Source: the human T2T-CHM13v2.0 reference genome, Homo sapiens. Taken from it: a DNA stretch of 64,000 nucleotides. The DNA is taken from assembly GCF_009914755.1 (NCBI RefSeq), contig NC_060925.1, one strand, 5' to 3'. The notes below the pieces were generated by a model. It was not told the origin of the DNA. It made no database searches and was given only the letters and a program-made list of their open reading frames with translations. How positions within the stretch are numbered: position 1 is the first letter of the stretch; the number at the start of each line of letters is the position of its first letter. Made by a program: the position numbers and the translations under genes. Shown here one piece after another: positions 63,512-64,000 of this stretch.

Positions 63512-64000
63512 TTATGGTAAAGAGATATGGTTCTACTTTACACAGTAACAGCTTTTTAACTTTAGTATCATAAGAAGCGTTTCTGGCTTGATACATTCAA
63601 AATGCAGCTTAACAGTCTTAAAAAGTAATAAGACCATTTTGGTTTTGGCCCAATATATGACAGCATGTTTGGCCAAATAAAGAATATTTTTTTCTTCAAA
63701 ACAGTGTTCTTAAACTGTCAGTACTTGAATCGTTTTTAGAAGTCTTCTTTGGGATAGGCACTCAAAGTCAATTTTCATGACACATTGAGAAAACCAATCT
63801 TATTAAGTTATAGTCACAGCTCATTTTTTACCTAAAATGCTCATAACCAGCTTGATCAAGCCCTTTAATCCCTAGGCTCAGCTCTTGGTGATCTTTAGCT
63901 GTTTCAAATCAAATTTACTTTCAATGGAAAAAAATTGCAACCACTGAGGAAATTCAAAATAACATATTATAAGGGACAGAGGAAATTTCCAAAAGTCTCC

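Overview
Primate, almost certainly human-like, non-coding genomic DNA (intergenic or intronic) dominated by transposable elements. I cannot support any host protein-coding gene, RNA gene or CRISPR array; nearly all ORF-track entries are repeat-derived. Landmarks: (1) a full-length, dead L1PA3/4-type LINE-1 (1546-7876) with a 17-bp TSD, the ~129-bp 5'UTR ZNF93-site segment, an extended antisense ORF0 and two internal tandem duplications; (2) a two-LTR MLT1 MaLR provirus split by old L1s, one carrying a recent 349-bp templated insertion; (3) a one-ended HERV9 remnant (pol scrap, env TM ORF, LTR12C) nested in a MER52 LTR; (4) a Charlie1 hAT fossil with nested L1MC and Alus; (5) about 13 Alus, two large GATA-type STRs and several template-switch scars. 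I found no convincing previously undescribed biological system; the best leads concern mutational mechanism and ERV regulation. Subfamily names come from remembered consensus sequences and old-repeat boundaries are approximate.
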